From the NCBI RefSeq assembly GCF_006345805.1, contig NC_043006.1, forward strand, positions 52,452,001 through 52,516,000: a stretch of DNA of 64,000 bases, given 5' to 3'. The stretch's first letter is position 1. Each line of letters begins with the position of its first letter. A program made the position numbers and the translations under genes. The stretch comes from Octopus sinensis. Its lineage: Eukaryota. The notes below the pieces were generated by a model, which worked only from the letters and a program-made list of their open reading frames with translations, did not search any database and had not been told where the DNA came from. Of this stretch, positions 1 through 15,300 are shown piece by piece.

Positions 1-1470
1 TTACTGTCAGGATATTCTTAGGGCCTTGCGATTCCTTCATTGGTCCCAGATGTTTGACTAATCACTTGATTACATGTTTTTTCTTCTTTAAACTATTGTT
101 TTCCATGCTTACTTTTTTTTCCAAAATCGATTCTGCAAACCCTGATCACCATTTTTATAATTTATACTTGTAATGCATATTTTATAATTTATACTTTTAT
201 AATTTATACATTTTTATAATCTATACTTGTAATGTATACTTGTAGGCGCAGTTCCCTCCCTTGATAGCAGGTTTAAACAAGCTCGCTAGATGTCGCTAGA
301 GTGTGAGATTCTGATACGATGCCTTACAACTCTCTCCTTTTCTCGGCAAGGCGTCAGATCGTAAAGACGTGATGTAGTCGGCTCTCTGACACCATATACC
401 ATCTAGCAGACAGGAGGTAACGCACAGAAGAAGATCATGGTCTCCACGCGTCAGCCATTTCCATTTGTCATTCAGTTGTATATATACGCGTGGCCGGCAT
501 TAAAGACAGTTAAAGTTACAACCTTGTTTCATATGTATTCTTTAACCGTGTTTCTGTCAAATGATATTACAGCCTTCTGAAGGGAATCATGTTTAGATGG
601 TGTTGGTATCATGGTTGTGGATTCATCTAAACCCTTATCCGTCGAACTTTTGGCGAATAAAATAAATACTATTATTATTTCTAGTAGTAGTAGTGCTCTT
701 GTTTCAACAGTGGCTGCTTCTGCGTAGTTATTTGTACTGTTGTTTACTTTGTAAAATAGTAAGGGGAGAGAATTACAAGCACATCACACTCTGTCCACAT
801 TTTTCCCATCCACATCTTTACCATATCTAACTGAATCCGATAAAATTTTTTCTTGCCAAGACCATGTGCCACACCGGAGCACCGGTCAAAGCAGCGAGGC
901 TACGAAGTTAGTTCCACAAGTTGCATGGAGAAATTCTTTTCACTGGTCCCCCAAGGAATTCTTTGTCTTGGTAAAGCAAATAAAGCTTTGTTTAGCCCAT
1001 TGATTATTGGGTCACTTCCATCCTCAGCACTTGATTTTGACAACAAGGTGAAGGCGAGCTCTGATTGACTATGCAAATGAGTTCATTACTGGGGTCCGGG
1101 ACTCTCGTGCGGAAAAAAAAATTCTCGAGCCGGTCCTGTGCGTAAATGAGATATAGTGAAATGAACTGGACAATCGTAAACGACTGTCATTTTAAACAAC
1201 CATGCTGTGGATGAAATGGGATTCGCTGGACCAGTTTTGAGATTTCATCAGCAGCTTTTGTTCTCCAATCTTCAACGGTGATACACATAGGTAGTATTAT
1301 CAAGAGTTTTATTAATTCGGATACGCCAATGTACATACATGACACATTCTTGGAAACTAGTTGTACTAATGAATTAATGAGGTGTTAGCACTGTTCAATT
1401 TTTATGTTATGAATTGACAAAGAAGCAACCTTATAGATTTTAACCAACGTACGTAAATTAGACTTAAATA

Positions 1471-1634
1471 GGCGCAGGCATGGCTGTGTGGGAGAAGCTT
1501 GCTTCCCAGTCACATGGTTGTGGGTTCAGTTCCACTGAATGAGACCTTGAGAAAGTGTTTTTTGACTATAGGTTCGAACCGATCAAAAAACTTCTTGAGT
1601 GGATTTGGTTGACGGAAACTTAAAGAAGCCTGTC

Positions 1635-1685
<51 letters not shown>

Positions 1686-1785
1686 TCTATGTTGTGTGTG
1701 TGTCTTTGTGTTTGTTTGTCCCCCGCCACCGGTGTCGGTGTGTTTATGTAAGCGGAAGAGGGAACTGAAAGAAGCCCGTCGTATG
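1471..1785 (+). mobile_element. tRNA-derived SINE with internal (TA)n
   Basis: GGCGCAGGCATGGCTGTGTGG...GGTTCAGTTCCACT head and GGAAACT(T/G)AAAGAAGCC(T/C)GTCG tail, resembling an octopus SINE family recalled from memory. Confidence 0.65.
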
Positions 1786-2049
1786 TCTATATATATATAT
1801 ATATGTATGTGGGTGTATGCATGTATACAGATACATGCAGATATATTTCTTAACACAGTTGTTATAGACATTAAGTTAAAACTTATAAAAATATAAAAAA
1901 TTCAAGTGTCTTATATTTATTTCATCAAATAAGTTTATTGAGGAATGGAAAAAAGTTATCAATCGCCGTTCTTTAAATTCCTTTTAGGAAAACATTTGAA
2001 TAAGTATTTGATTTCTCTTGTTAAATTTTAGCAAATTACTTTCAGCACA

Positions 2050-4770
<2,721 letters not shown>

Positions 4771-4867
<97 letters not shown>

Positions 4868-4894
4868 GCCTAGCTTCTATCTACCTATCTATCA

Positions 4895-4978
<84 letters not shown>

Positions 4979-5130
4979 CCTATGTATGTATGTATGTATG
5001 TATGTATGTATGTATGTATGTATGTATGTATGTATGTATGTATGTATGTATGTTGTATGTATGTATGTATGTATGTATGTATGTATGTATGTCTCTGTGA
5101 GTGTACATATGTGTGTGTGTGTGTGTGTAT
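4771..5130. repeat. Compound microsatellite (TATC)n(TATG)n(TG)n
   Basis: Directly visible; a (TATG)n(TG)n counterpart lies at 41375-41470. Confidence 0.95.
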
Positions 5131-5793
5131 CATTATTCAGTTTTATTTCTATATTTTTCGTCAATATATGTTTATCTGTCTTTGTTCATATACTCCAACC
5201 CTAGCACTGTCTGACAACCCCTGATGGTTTCTTTACATCCCTGTAACTTAGCAGTTAGGCAAAAGACCAGTAAAACATACTAGAAACGATTTGTTTGACT
5301 AAACCCATCAAAGCAGTGCACCAAAATGGGCTTAGTCGAATGACTGAAACAAGTAAAAGATATGTTGGTTTATTTCTCTGTCGTGTATTGTTTGGCTGCA
5401 CAGCTTTATTCATTTTGTATTACCTTGGTCATAGAGATGAACCCAACTTAATCATTTTTCATGATTTCAAGTTTAATATATGATTTAAAGAAGATTTATT
5501 TATTGCAGATAAAGCTACAACAGAGGGGTCTCATTGTACACTTGTCTCTCATTTAATGGATGCTTTGTTTAGTACATCTGCAATTCTGTATCCCAGTTTT
5601 CACTTTTGTGTAAACATAGATGAAAGGGAAGAAATAAGGAGCCATGGAGACCAAGGTTATTATTAGAATCATCAACATGCAAAATAAGTTAGACCTGAAA
5701 ATTTTATGTACCAATGACCACAGGTTAACCATTTCATCTTTGATTAAATCTGACTAGTTATATTCTGATGTCTTCATTTTTATTTAGTACGAG

Positions 5794-6399
5794 ACTACCC
5801 ATGACCTGTTGGGTCACTGATAGTTCAGGTTATAAAACATTGAAGCTGATTTCAACATTGCATTGAAATGAAAGTTAATTTTATGATGATTCAGTTAAAT
5901 GTTCCAATTCATCCGTGTCATCATAGGTCTGGTTTATAAGTTCATGTTTTAGGTTTTATTGATTATTTACAACACCTAGTAGAAATAGAATTTCTGGGAT
6001 AAACTTGAACTCCAGTAACAACATTTGTTTATGGTATATGTGCTCACTTCTACAAGAGTGCAAAAGGAATTGTTATATAAACATAAAATTAATGGAAAAA
6101 GTTTATACAGTATTATATGTCCCCATTTCAGGGTTATGTTGCTTTTGAAGTATTTTTCCATTATATGCCTTTCAGGTTATTTATGGAGGTACCCTCCCCT
6201 CCCCCACCCCCAAAACACCCGCATATCTCGGAAATTCGGGGTTCAATTTACATGAAACCTGTTTTATACCGTTTGTATTCACTTTTCGGGGTATCGTTAC
6301 CTTCAGAATACTTTCCAATTATGTGCTGGTTTAGCTGTATTAAATTACAGACAAGAACGCAAGCAAGCGATCACTGAGCTTTAGTAGTATATATATAGA
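5794..6399 (-). mobile_element. Degenerate Helitron-like relic; a related element sits at about 42108-42905 in copy B
   Basis: The minus strand starts A|TCTATATATA and ends with a TGACC-CAACA-GGTCA hairpin plus GTAG|T. Copy B has a longer ACCGGTGACCCG hairpin at the same site. Confidence 0.35.
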
Positions 6400-8542
6400 T
6401 TTAGCATGACTTAGAAAATATTAACTTTGCCCATGAAGTTTACTTTTAGATAAATTGTGCAATTTGCTGAGACAAATTGTTCATGCTATTTACGTACTGG
6501 AATATGTTCACTGTTTTTGCTTCTGATGGTAAGAAAATCAACCCTTTAGCATTTAAAGCATCCATAATATTCTACGTCTTTTATATTCAAAGTGACCAAA
6601 TTTGGCCTGCTACACTTATCCTACACTGTCCCTTTAAAAATAAATAATCATATCAGTGATGCCTTTAAGCTACAATATAATACATGATTAATTCAAAACA
6701 ATATGAATAAACATTACATTTGACAGAGTAACCTGTATGCAAAGGGCGAACGAATTTACATTTATATTATAAGAACTTTGAAAACTTAATTTCTTTTGTA
6801 GATGATGATCTTGAAAGTACAACCAAATCTTTAACTGATGCAGATAAAAGCTCCAGTTCTAAAGTATCTATTCGAGATCTGAGAAAAGAAAATCGTAAAT
6901 CTGTAAACAATTCAAGTTTACGTGAAATTATTTAAAGTAAAATAGAACAGAAAATTTTGAAAGTTTTTGATATATGAACTGAACTATTTTGACAATATCC
7001 AGCTGAAAGTATTTTTCTCAGATGCATCAGATATACCAATTTATCTATGTTCTCTTGAAGTGAAATAAATTTAAGTTTGAAAACTATTGGTTGATATGTG
7101 TTGTTTATCAAACTTTTCTATATGAATGCATGCATACACATATTTATATATGCATGTATGTATTTATCCATCCAGTCATTTATATGTATGTGTCCATCCT
7201 TTCTCTTTCCAACCACCTACCCCTCTCTCTCTCCATCCATTACGCCAATCCAGTGATCAATCGATCGAGTGATGAATGGAAACTTGAAAAACATTAATAT
7301 GAATTTTGTTGAAATTGATTATTTTTTAATGACTAAAATTTAAAAAAAACTAGTGATATTCTGACTGTCTATATCCTGGTGCCAATAATAGTAGATTCTC
7401 CAGTGTATTCACTTTTGGAAAGCTTTTCTGATACATATCACTATCCATCTAAAGTTTGTTTTCCAGCTAGTAATGTCTCTTACAGAAATTGTGTTACTAG
7501 TAGGGATCCTGTCTTATAATGTCCACTACAGGATATTCATAATATAGATTTTACAATTTATAGACAATTATCAACAAGGTAACTACTGTCCTTTACAAAA
7601 ACTGTGAAGCACAACGAACAGCAACAGCTTCTTCATAAGCAAACTGTCCTGTGTTGGTTATGAAACCTCAAGGCAGTCCTCATCCAGCAGACCTATAACT
7701 AAAAACATTCCAGCTACACTTGACAAGTTCTTTGTTAAGGGAATGCATACCTAGGATTGCACTGCATTATTCAATGTGTTTCTACATATTGAATAAAGTA
7801 ATTTGAGAGAGATTTAGTGTATAATAGTGGAAGCTTCTATGTTGTAAACTAGTTCTATGATGTAGGATGCAAAATCACAACTGCTTATATATTTAAAACT
7901 ATCTGTATAGTATATTAAAGTGCATTGAGAAAAAAATATAGAGTGACTACGTTCAAAATAATTTGCATATCATCTTGTGATCTCAGCACTGGTTCCGATA
8001 TTTATATGACAGTGATATGTCTAAAGAACCCACAAAAAAAACCTTGAGGGGGAACGAGGGGAGAAATATGAAAAAGAAATTAAGTCCAAAAATAAAACAA
8101 AGACGTACTGTTAAAATTAGCTTAGTAATTTGTTTATTTCATTTTCAGAGCAATATTAATTAATCTAATCTAAAATAGGTTCTGTTGTTTTATTTGTTGA
8201 ATATGTCGTACATAGATTTGGTTGCAAATGCTTCAAGAAGAATTATGACAAAGAATTATGCATACGTTATTTTATTCTATAATCACAGGATAATGCATTT
8301 GAATTAGACAGAAATATTAACACGCACACACACACACACACGTGTGTGTGTGTGTGTGTGTGTGCATGTGTGTGTACATGCTCGCGCACGTGTGTGTATA
8401 GAGAAAATAATTGCTGTAGAAAATGAATATTCATTAATATATGCGCAAAATGAAACTAACATTTCCATATGGTGGAATGGATTCTTCATGTTCTCATATT
8501 GCAGGGAAAATAGTTAGAATAATGGAAATTCTGTTTGCTTGT

Positions 8543-8718
8543 TTATTGTCCGATATTGCATTTGGCAATGTATGGCCAATCACACACTTTCTTGACATTG
8601 TTGAAGTGCAAGTTTCCAGGGCAATCCTTTTTCTGGGCAATATTCCAGTCACACTGATAAAAATGTCTACAGCTTTGTGGGTCAGGGAAAAGACCTGTAG
8701 GTTCAGAACAGTTGAAGC
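8543..8718 (-). CDS. Copy A exon 11: chitin-binding type-2 (CBM14/peritrophin-A) domain and stop
   Basis: [57 protein letters not shown] has six Cys and the G.FPDP..C..FY.C...CP..L.FN....CDW pattern. Acceptor TTTTTCTCCTTAG|. Confidence 0.9.
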
Positions 8719-9307
8719 CTAAGGAGAAAAAGTAAACAAAATAAATTTTCATTACAAGTGTCAATTAAATGAATTTAGCATTTTAATTATCTCTATATTT
8801 TATGAAGTCAACATTTATCGATGATCACATTTATGTAATTGATTAGACTGGCAACATGAGGTGCGTGTGTGTGTATATATGTATCTATTTGTGTGTGCAA
8901 TTGTGATTGTGTGTATGTTTGTGTCTCCTTGTCTTGCTACTGCATAACTGTTGTAAATGAGTGTCACTTTCATAGAAGACTGTTTATTCATTTCCAGTAT
9001 CCTGCAAAAACATGTCTGGCTATAAGGAAATATTTTTTTTACTTGGAGACAGGTGTGGGTTGGCAGTAAAAAAGGTATTCAGCTCTAGAAAATCTGACAG
9101 ATGCAAGGTCTTATGTGCCTGCCTGACCTATGCAAGCATGGAAAAGGGGATGTTAAAACAATAATGATGAATTGCTTTAACTGCTTTTGGAAACCCAAAT
9201 CATTTCGTAAGAGAGACTGGTCTCTTTTTATCCCTTTAAAAACACAAGCAATTGTACATAACAACTCAGCTTCATTACATATGGATGAATCTTAAAAATC
9301 AACACAA

Positions 9308-9345
<38 letters not shown>

Positions 9346-12300
9346 GCGTACAAGTGGGTATTAATCAGAAGATAATGCATAGTGGCTGTGTAGGTTCTAT
9401 ACACTAAAATGAATATAAACACCACCACCACCACCATCATCTTCGTCAACTCTCATCTCAATTCATTCAAATTAGTGTTTTTTAACTATTTGTTTTCATC
9501 TATGGACCCCTTTGATTCCTGTTTTATTCAGGTGGACTCTGATGTTTAAAAAAGCCTATTATATTATTGATATTAAATAATACTAGGAATTGTATTAAAA
9601 CAATTGTTAAAATATTTTGTGCATTGTAGAAATATAACCGATTTACAGCACATAATTTTTAACAACAGAATCTTAGATGTACTCCTATATGGCAATGACA
9701 GATGAAGATAAAGCATGAGGAAGAGTTAAATCCTCTTAATCAGTTACTAAAATATATTTGCTTTGCATATTCAATGAACTGACTTGAGAAATTTCAAAAC
9801 GAATGTATATTTTTCTTTTCTATTTTTGTGTTTTAAAGAGAAAATTTTAACTTGATAATTTTTGTAAACAATATATTGTGAATGAAACCTTTTAACCAAA
9901 ACATACTAGCTGTCAGTATCAGAAAAGCTGGTCAGAATCTTATATTTCTTTCATATTTAACCCTGCATTGTAAAATAATTACCCTCAGCAAGAAGCTGTT
10001 TATCTAATCACTGCATAAATATCTGATGTATTTCTTACATTCGTTTTGTCACAATATGTATCAACTCGAACGTACTTACATCTCTGTTCCGTATACGTAA
10101 GTATCTCGTGTATTTGAAATTTCTGTTTTCCTCTTGATATATTTATGCCAACAGAACCATCTGTTTGTTGAATGCCCACCCTAAAGCTACTAACTTGAAA
10201 TCATTTAAATACATAGAACTAACGACACTCTTTTTTCTCATTTCTCAGGCAGTGAAGACGGATGCTTTAAATGGATATTCGCAGTTTTTTTCCTAGCCTT
10301 ATCAAGGCATAAAAAAATATACTCATGTGAACACATAATCGTTAAGGTGGGGGTAGTCAGTTTGAAAAACGCCAAATGAAATGATCAGAATAAATGTTAA
10401 TAATTTGAGCAAATCAAATAGGGAAAATGAATTTATTAACTCCTGAAATTTAGTAATAAATTAAAGGTATTGTACTTACTTGCTTGGCGGTCTGGTACTA
10501 CAAAAGAACAATATAAATCAAAAGCCATATTAGTTTCATTCATATACACATATGTTCGTGCACACAAACACATAACACACATCATGTAAGTCTCAGAATT
10601 GGGAAACGTTTACCAACTAAGATTAATCTTGGATTAAGAAACAAAAATTCCTTTATTAATATTTAAAATTTAAAAAAAGAACAAAAATAGTAAGATAGGG
10701 AACTCCAATAGCTGCAAGTTTACCGGTGTTTTTGCACGCGGAATGCTTCCATGAAATATTTCCGTTAGTTCCTTTAATACAATTATCTTGGTATATCTGT
10801 TTATTGCTTTTATAAGTTCTATTCTTATTCAAAGCAGCAAAACAATTTTACAGTTCAATGGGGGCAAATTTTTCCAGCAATATTCAAATGAAATGTTTAT
10901 ATGTGCAATAAACAAAAGCGATTTGAACTGGCACTTTCCAGAGGCTGGAAGAAGGTAATAAACGATTAAGCAATCTGATTTCGAGAACATCAGGGATTTT
11001 TCAAAATTTTAGAACTGTATAAGAAATTCATGAAAAAAATGTAAATTTGGAATATTAAAATTGTCAAAAGTTTTAAAATTATTAACTGTATTATAATTAT
11101 GTGTAATAGTAATTTGGTTTTATATTAATTTCTGGAAAAGATAGAAATAGGAAACAGTATATTCTAATTAATGTCCATACAATTTTTGAACGCATACCTA
11201 AGTAAAGTGAAAAGATTGTCGCTAGAAATCAAAATCGAATTATGGATCCGGTTCACAAGTACAAATTATGTAACATTAAACAGCTATGCTTACCTTCACA
11301 GTAGATTCCTTTAAAGCCAAATGGACATCGGCAACGTAATTGGTTGGCAGTGTGGATGCAGGTTCCTCCGTTAGAACAATGGCGAGACGGACAATAGATT
11401 GAACCACTTTCGTTACAAAACTTGCCAGACCATCCACTAGCACAAGTGCAAGTGAATCCATTTGGTCCAAACATGCTACACTGGCCGTTGTTTTGGCAAG
11501 GATTTGGAGTGCATGGATTGGTTTGACTGCCGCATCTCTGTCCAGTCCAGCCTTGTGGACAATAACAAGTAAAGCTGTTGCCCATAGGATAGCACTGTCC
11601 ACCGTTCAAACAGGGGTTATTCGAACAAGGCGTAGTGGTACTCCCACAGTTTTTACCACTCCATCCTTGGCGACACGCACAAATGTAGTCAAAATCATTT
11701 TGTACAATACATTGGCCATTATTCAAACATGGCTTTGAAGCACAAGGATCTCTTCTCGAACAATCTCGACCACCAAATCCGGGAGGACAGTCGCATATTC
11801 TTGTGTTTACATTACAAGTTCCTCCATTTTGACATTTTGGAGAGCACAGACTTGGGAACTGGCACCTATCTCCATAAAAGCCATTTATACATGCGCAAGT
11901 GATTTGATCGTTTACCAGCTGACATCTTCCACCATTTTGACAGATATTTGGATTTAACGCGCAATCATCTCTTCTTGAACAATCTGGACCAACGAATCCA
12001 TGACGGCAGTTGCACATTCTTGTGTTAGTGTTACAAATTCCTCCATTTTGACATGGTGGATAACACTGAATCGGCACCTGGCATCTATCACCTTGAAATC
12101 CATTGAGACATATGCAAGAAACTTGATTGTTTACAAGCTGACATGTTCCACCATTTTGACAGATATTTGGATTTAACGCGCAATCATCTCTTCTTGAACA
12201 ATCTGGACCAACGAATCCATGACGGCAGTTGCACATTCTTGTGTTAGTATTACAAATTCCTCCATTTTGACATGGTGGATAACACTGAATCGGCACCTGG

Positions 12301-15300
12301 CATCTATTACCTTGAAATCCATTGAGACATATGCAAGAAACTTGATTGTTTACAAGCTGACATGTTCCACCATTTTGACAGATATTTGGATTTAACGCGC
12401 AATCATCTCTTCTTGAACAATCTGGACCAACGAATCCATGAGGGCAGTTGCACATTCTTGTGTTAGTGTTACAAATTCCTCCATTTTGACATGGTGGATA
12501 ACACTGAATCGGCACCTGGCATCTATTACCTTGAAATCCATTGAGACATATGCAAGAAACTTGATTGTTTACAAGCTGACATGTTCCACCATTTTGACAG
12601 ATATTTGGATTTAACGCGCAATCATCTCTCCTTGAACAATCTGGACCAACGAATCCATGAGGGCAGTTGCACATTCTTGTGTTAGTGTTACAAATTCCTC
12701 CATTTTGACATGGTGGATAACACTGAATCGGCACCTGGCATCTATTACCTTGAAATCCATTGAGACATATGCAAGAAACTTGATTGTTTACAAGCTGACA
12801 TGTTCCACCATTTTGACAGATATTTGGATTTAACGCGCAATCATCTCTTCTTGAACAATCTGGGCCAACGAATCCATGAGGGCAGTTGCACATTCTTGTG
12901 TTAGTGTTACAAATTCCTCCATTTTGACATGGTGGATAACACTGAATCGGCACCTGGCATCTATTACCTTGAAATCCATTGAGACATATGCAAGAAACTT
13001 GATTGTTTACAAGCTGACATGTTCCACCATTTTGACAGATATTTGCTGAGCAAAATGGTTGTTCACATCGTAGTCCTCTGAGTCCAACAGGGCAACGACA
13101 AGTGAATTGAACTCCATTTGGATAGCATGTTCCACCATTTTGACACGGTGAAGATTGACAGGAATTAATGGGATTTTCACATCGTGGACCAGTAAATCCA
13201 GATGGGCAATTACATTTCGCAACAAAGTTAGTTGTAGTACATCGGCCACCATTTAGGCAAGTCACTGAGCGACATTTATCTTCAATTTGACAACGAGGAC
13301 CGTAAAAGTTAGGAAGACATTGGCACACAAATGATGTACCTGCATTCGAACATTGACCACCGTTCATACAAGGTGCTGACAAACATGCTGAAAGAACTAG
13401 ATTCAAAACAAAAACAAATTAACAGAATAAATCTACTTGATTTACTATTTAATAAAACAACATTCACTAAATCCATAAATGCCTTACTTAAATACAAACA
13501 CAAAAAAGATTCAGTTTTGTAAATAAGATAATGTTGTGCGTTTTTTTCCAACTGTTCTAAATTACAACTCGGTGGCAATGCTAGCACACTTAAGACGTCT
13601 TATAGCTAACTATAATTATAGCAGACCTGTTTAATACAGTATTATCGTTATTGAGTCAAAATCACTATCCGATTAGTATGATTGATTTACAATTACTAAT
13701 TTAGCCCACAGGTCATCTACAAAACGTCAAAAATTATTCTCAAATAGAAATTTAATTAAGATAAGATCATTTGATAATAGAAATAAAGATGTATTAAGTA
13801 AACGACTGCCGGACAATGATAATATATTTCACTTCGTTTGAATGATTTTTGTTTTACTTTTCTAAATATCTTTTTGTACCATGTAATCCCAATGCCGAAA
13901 TTAATGTGGTATTCAATGCAATTGCGAACATAAGCTTTATTTGTTGGTAGAAATTAGGTTATGTGAGATCCAGATATCACTCAGTAAGGAATGTGTCTCT
14001 CATATCTATGTTGGACACCATTAATCCCCGACTTCTTTGCATGCTTATAGATATATTCCAGATTATTAGAAATCTTCAAATCTAACCACTGGCTAGTTCG
14101 TTTTTAGCTTTAATAGTGAAATTCTTAACTTGCTGGATGAACCTTCTTCGTCACATCTCCGAGTTGCACACGTGTCATGCTCACGTGTTCCACTCCAAAT
14201 CCCGCTTCTACCTCTTAAACCCGATCATCATATTACAAACAGTAATTATAAAGACCTTTTACCTCACGAATGTTAATGTGATATACAGTAATACCTCGAC
14301 TATCGCGTATTTGACATTCCAAAACCTCCATCGATAGGTGAAAATCTACGAAGAAGGAGCAGCACTGTATATTATTATTATTATTTTTATAATTTTTATA
14401 TATTTATTTTATAAATGCATTTATGTTGTAAATGCAAAACAACACTACGGAGGAATCGACGTAAGCTCGAAAAATAAACTGTAATGGGTGAACCGTGATA
14501 TGCCGAGAGATTACTGTATTAGCAACCTCCTGTATCTTCTAGTCTGAGAATATCCTATCGCTTACCGACTTAGTCTTCCAACAAAATAAAGAGATAGGTC
14601 ACACATTTTTTATGTGGCTTTATATATGAAGAAGGAAAATGATTTTAGTAGAAAGATATTTCTAATTTGAAATTGAAAAAAAATTTCATTTAGTAAATTA
14701 ATAAGTCGCTATAAAGCTGCTGAAATAATTTATATTGACGATAGAATTCAAATCAATTGAAAGCAGTATTTGTTTTCTCCTTTTTCATATTTTTGATTAG
14801 ATATATCTTTAGAGTGCGTTGGTCTTTCTCAGTTTACCATGGAACTTGATGTCTAAATTGTTTGCAATACTTACATTTGCTGAAATTTTGGCATTAGTTT
14901 ATTATAGTGTTGTAAATTCAAATAGAAATTCATGATTCTTACCAGTCTCGCATTTGGGTCCCGTATAACCATATGCACATCTGCAGGAATAGCCATTAAT
15001 TCCGTCAACGCAAATACCACCATTTAAACAAGGAGTCGTCGTCAGACCGCATTCGTCGATCCCTAAGATAAATCAATATTAACCCATTTTTCACTTTGTT
15101 AAACTTTGTTCTGAAAACTCATTCCAGTTTAAAATAACACCAGAGGTATTGCAATATAATGCATGTTTTCATTGCTAGATTTTTTAGGGACTATTATTAA
15201 CACCTTCTCAACTATATTTGCAGTTAAATTCCACCTGCTTAAAAACATGTAGCTAACAAAAAATTGTTCGACAGTTAGATGCCTATCTACTTTTAAATGT

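Noticed and set aside
780-1070. ORF 853..1068 and a partly open minus-strand frame
   Set aside because: No recognisable motif, an internal stop and no splice support; possibly an unidentifiable TE relic.
11276-11602. Alternative-frame ORF in the EGF exon, mirrored by the post-frameshift tail of copy B, considered as a hidden transmembrane tail
   Set aside because: It has no clean hydrophobic run of about 20 residues, and shifted frames of EGF repeats are often stop-poor. The EGF frame ends at a conserved donor.
11930-13044. Regularly spaced direct repeats superficially like a CRISPR array
   Set aside because: The whole 219-bp unit repeats with no unique spacers and encodes EGF domains in a eukaryotic exon.
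14283-14368. TA-CAGTAATACCTCG...CACTG-TA, a possible Tc1/pogo-type remnant
   Set aside because: Too short and the inverted repeat too weak to support a call.
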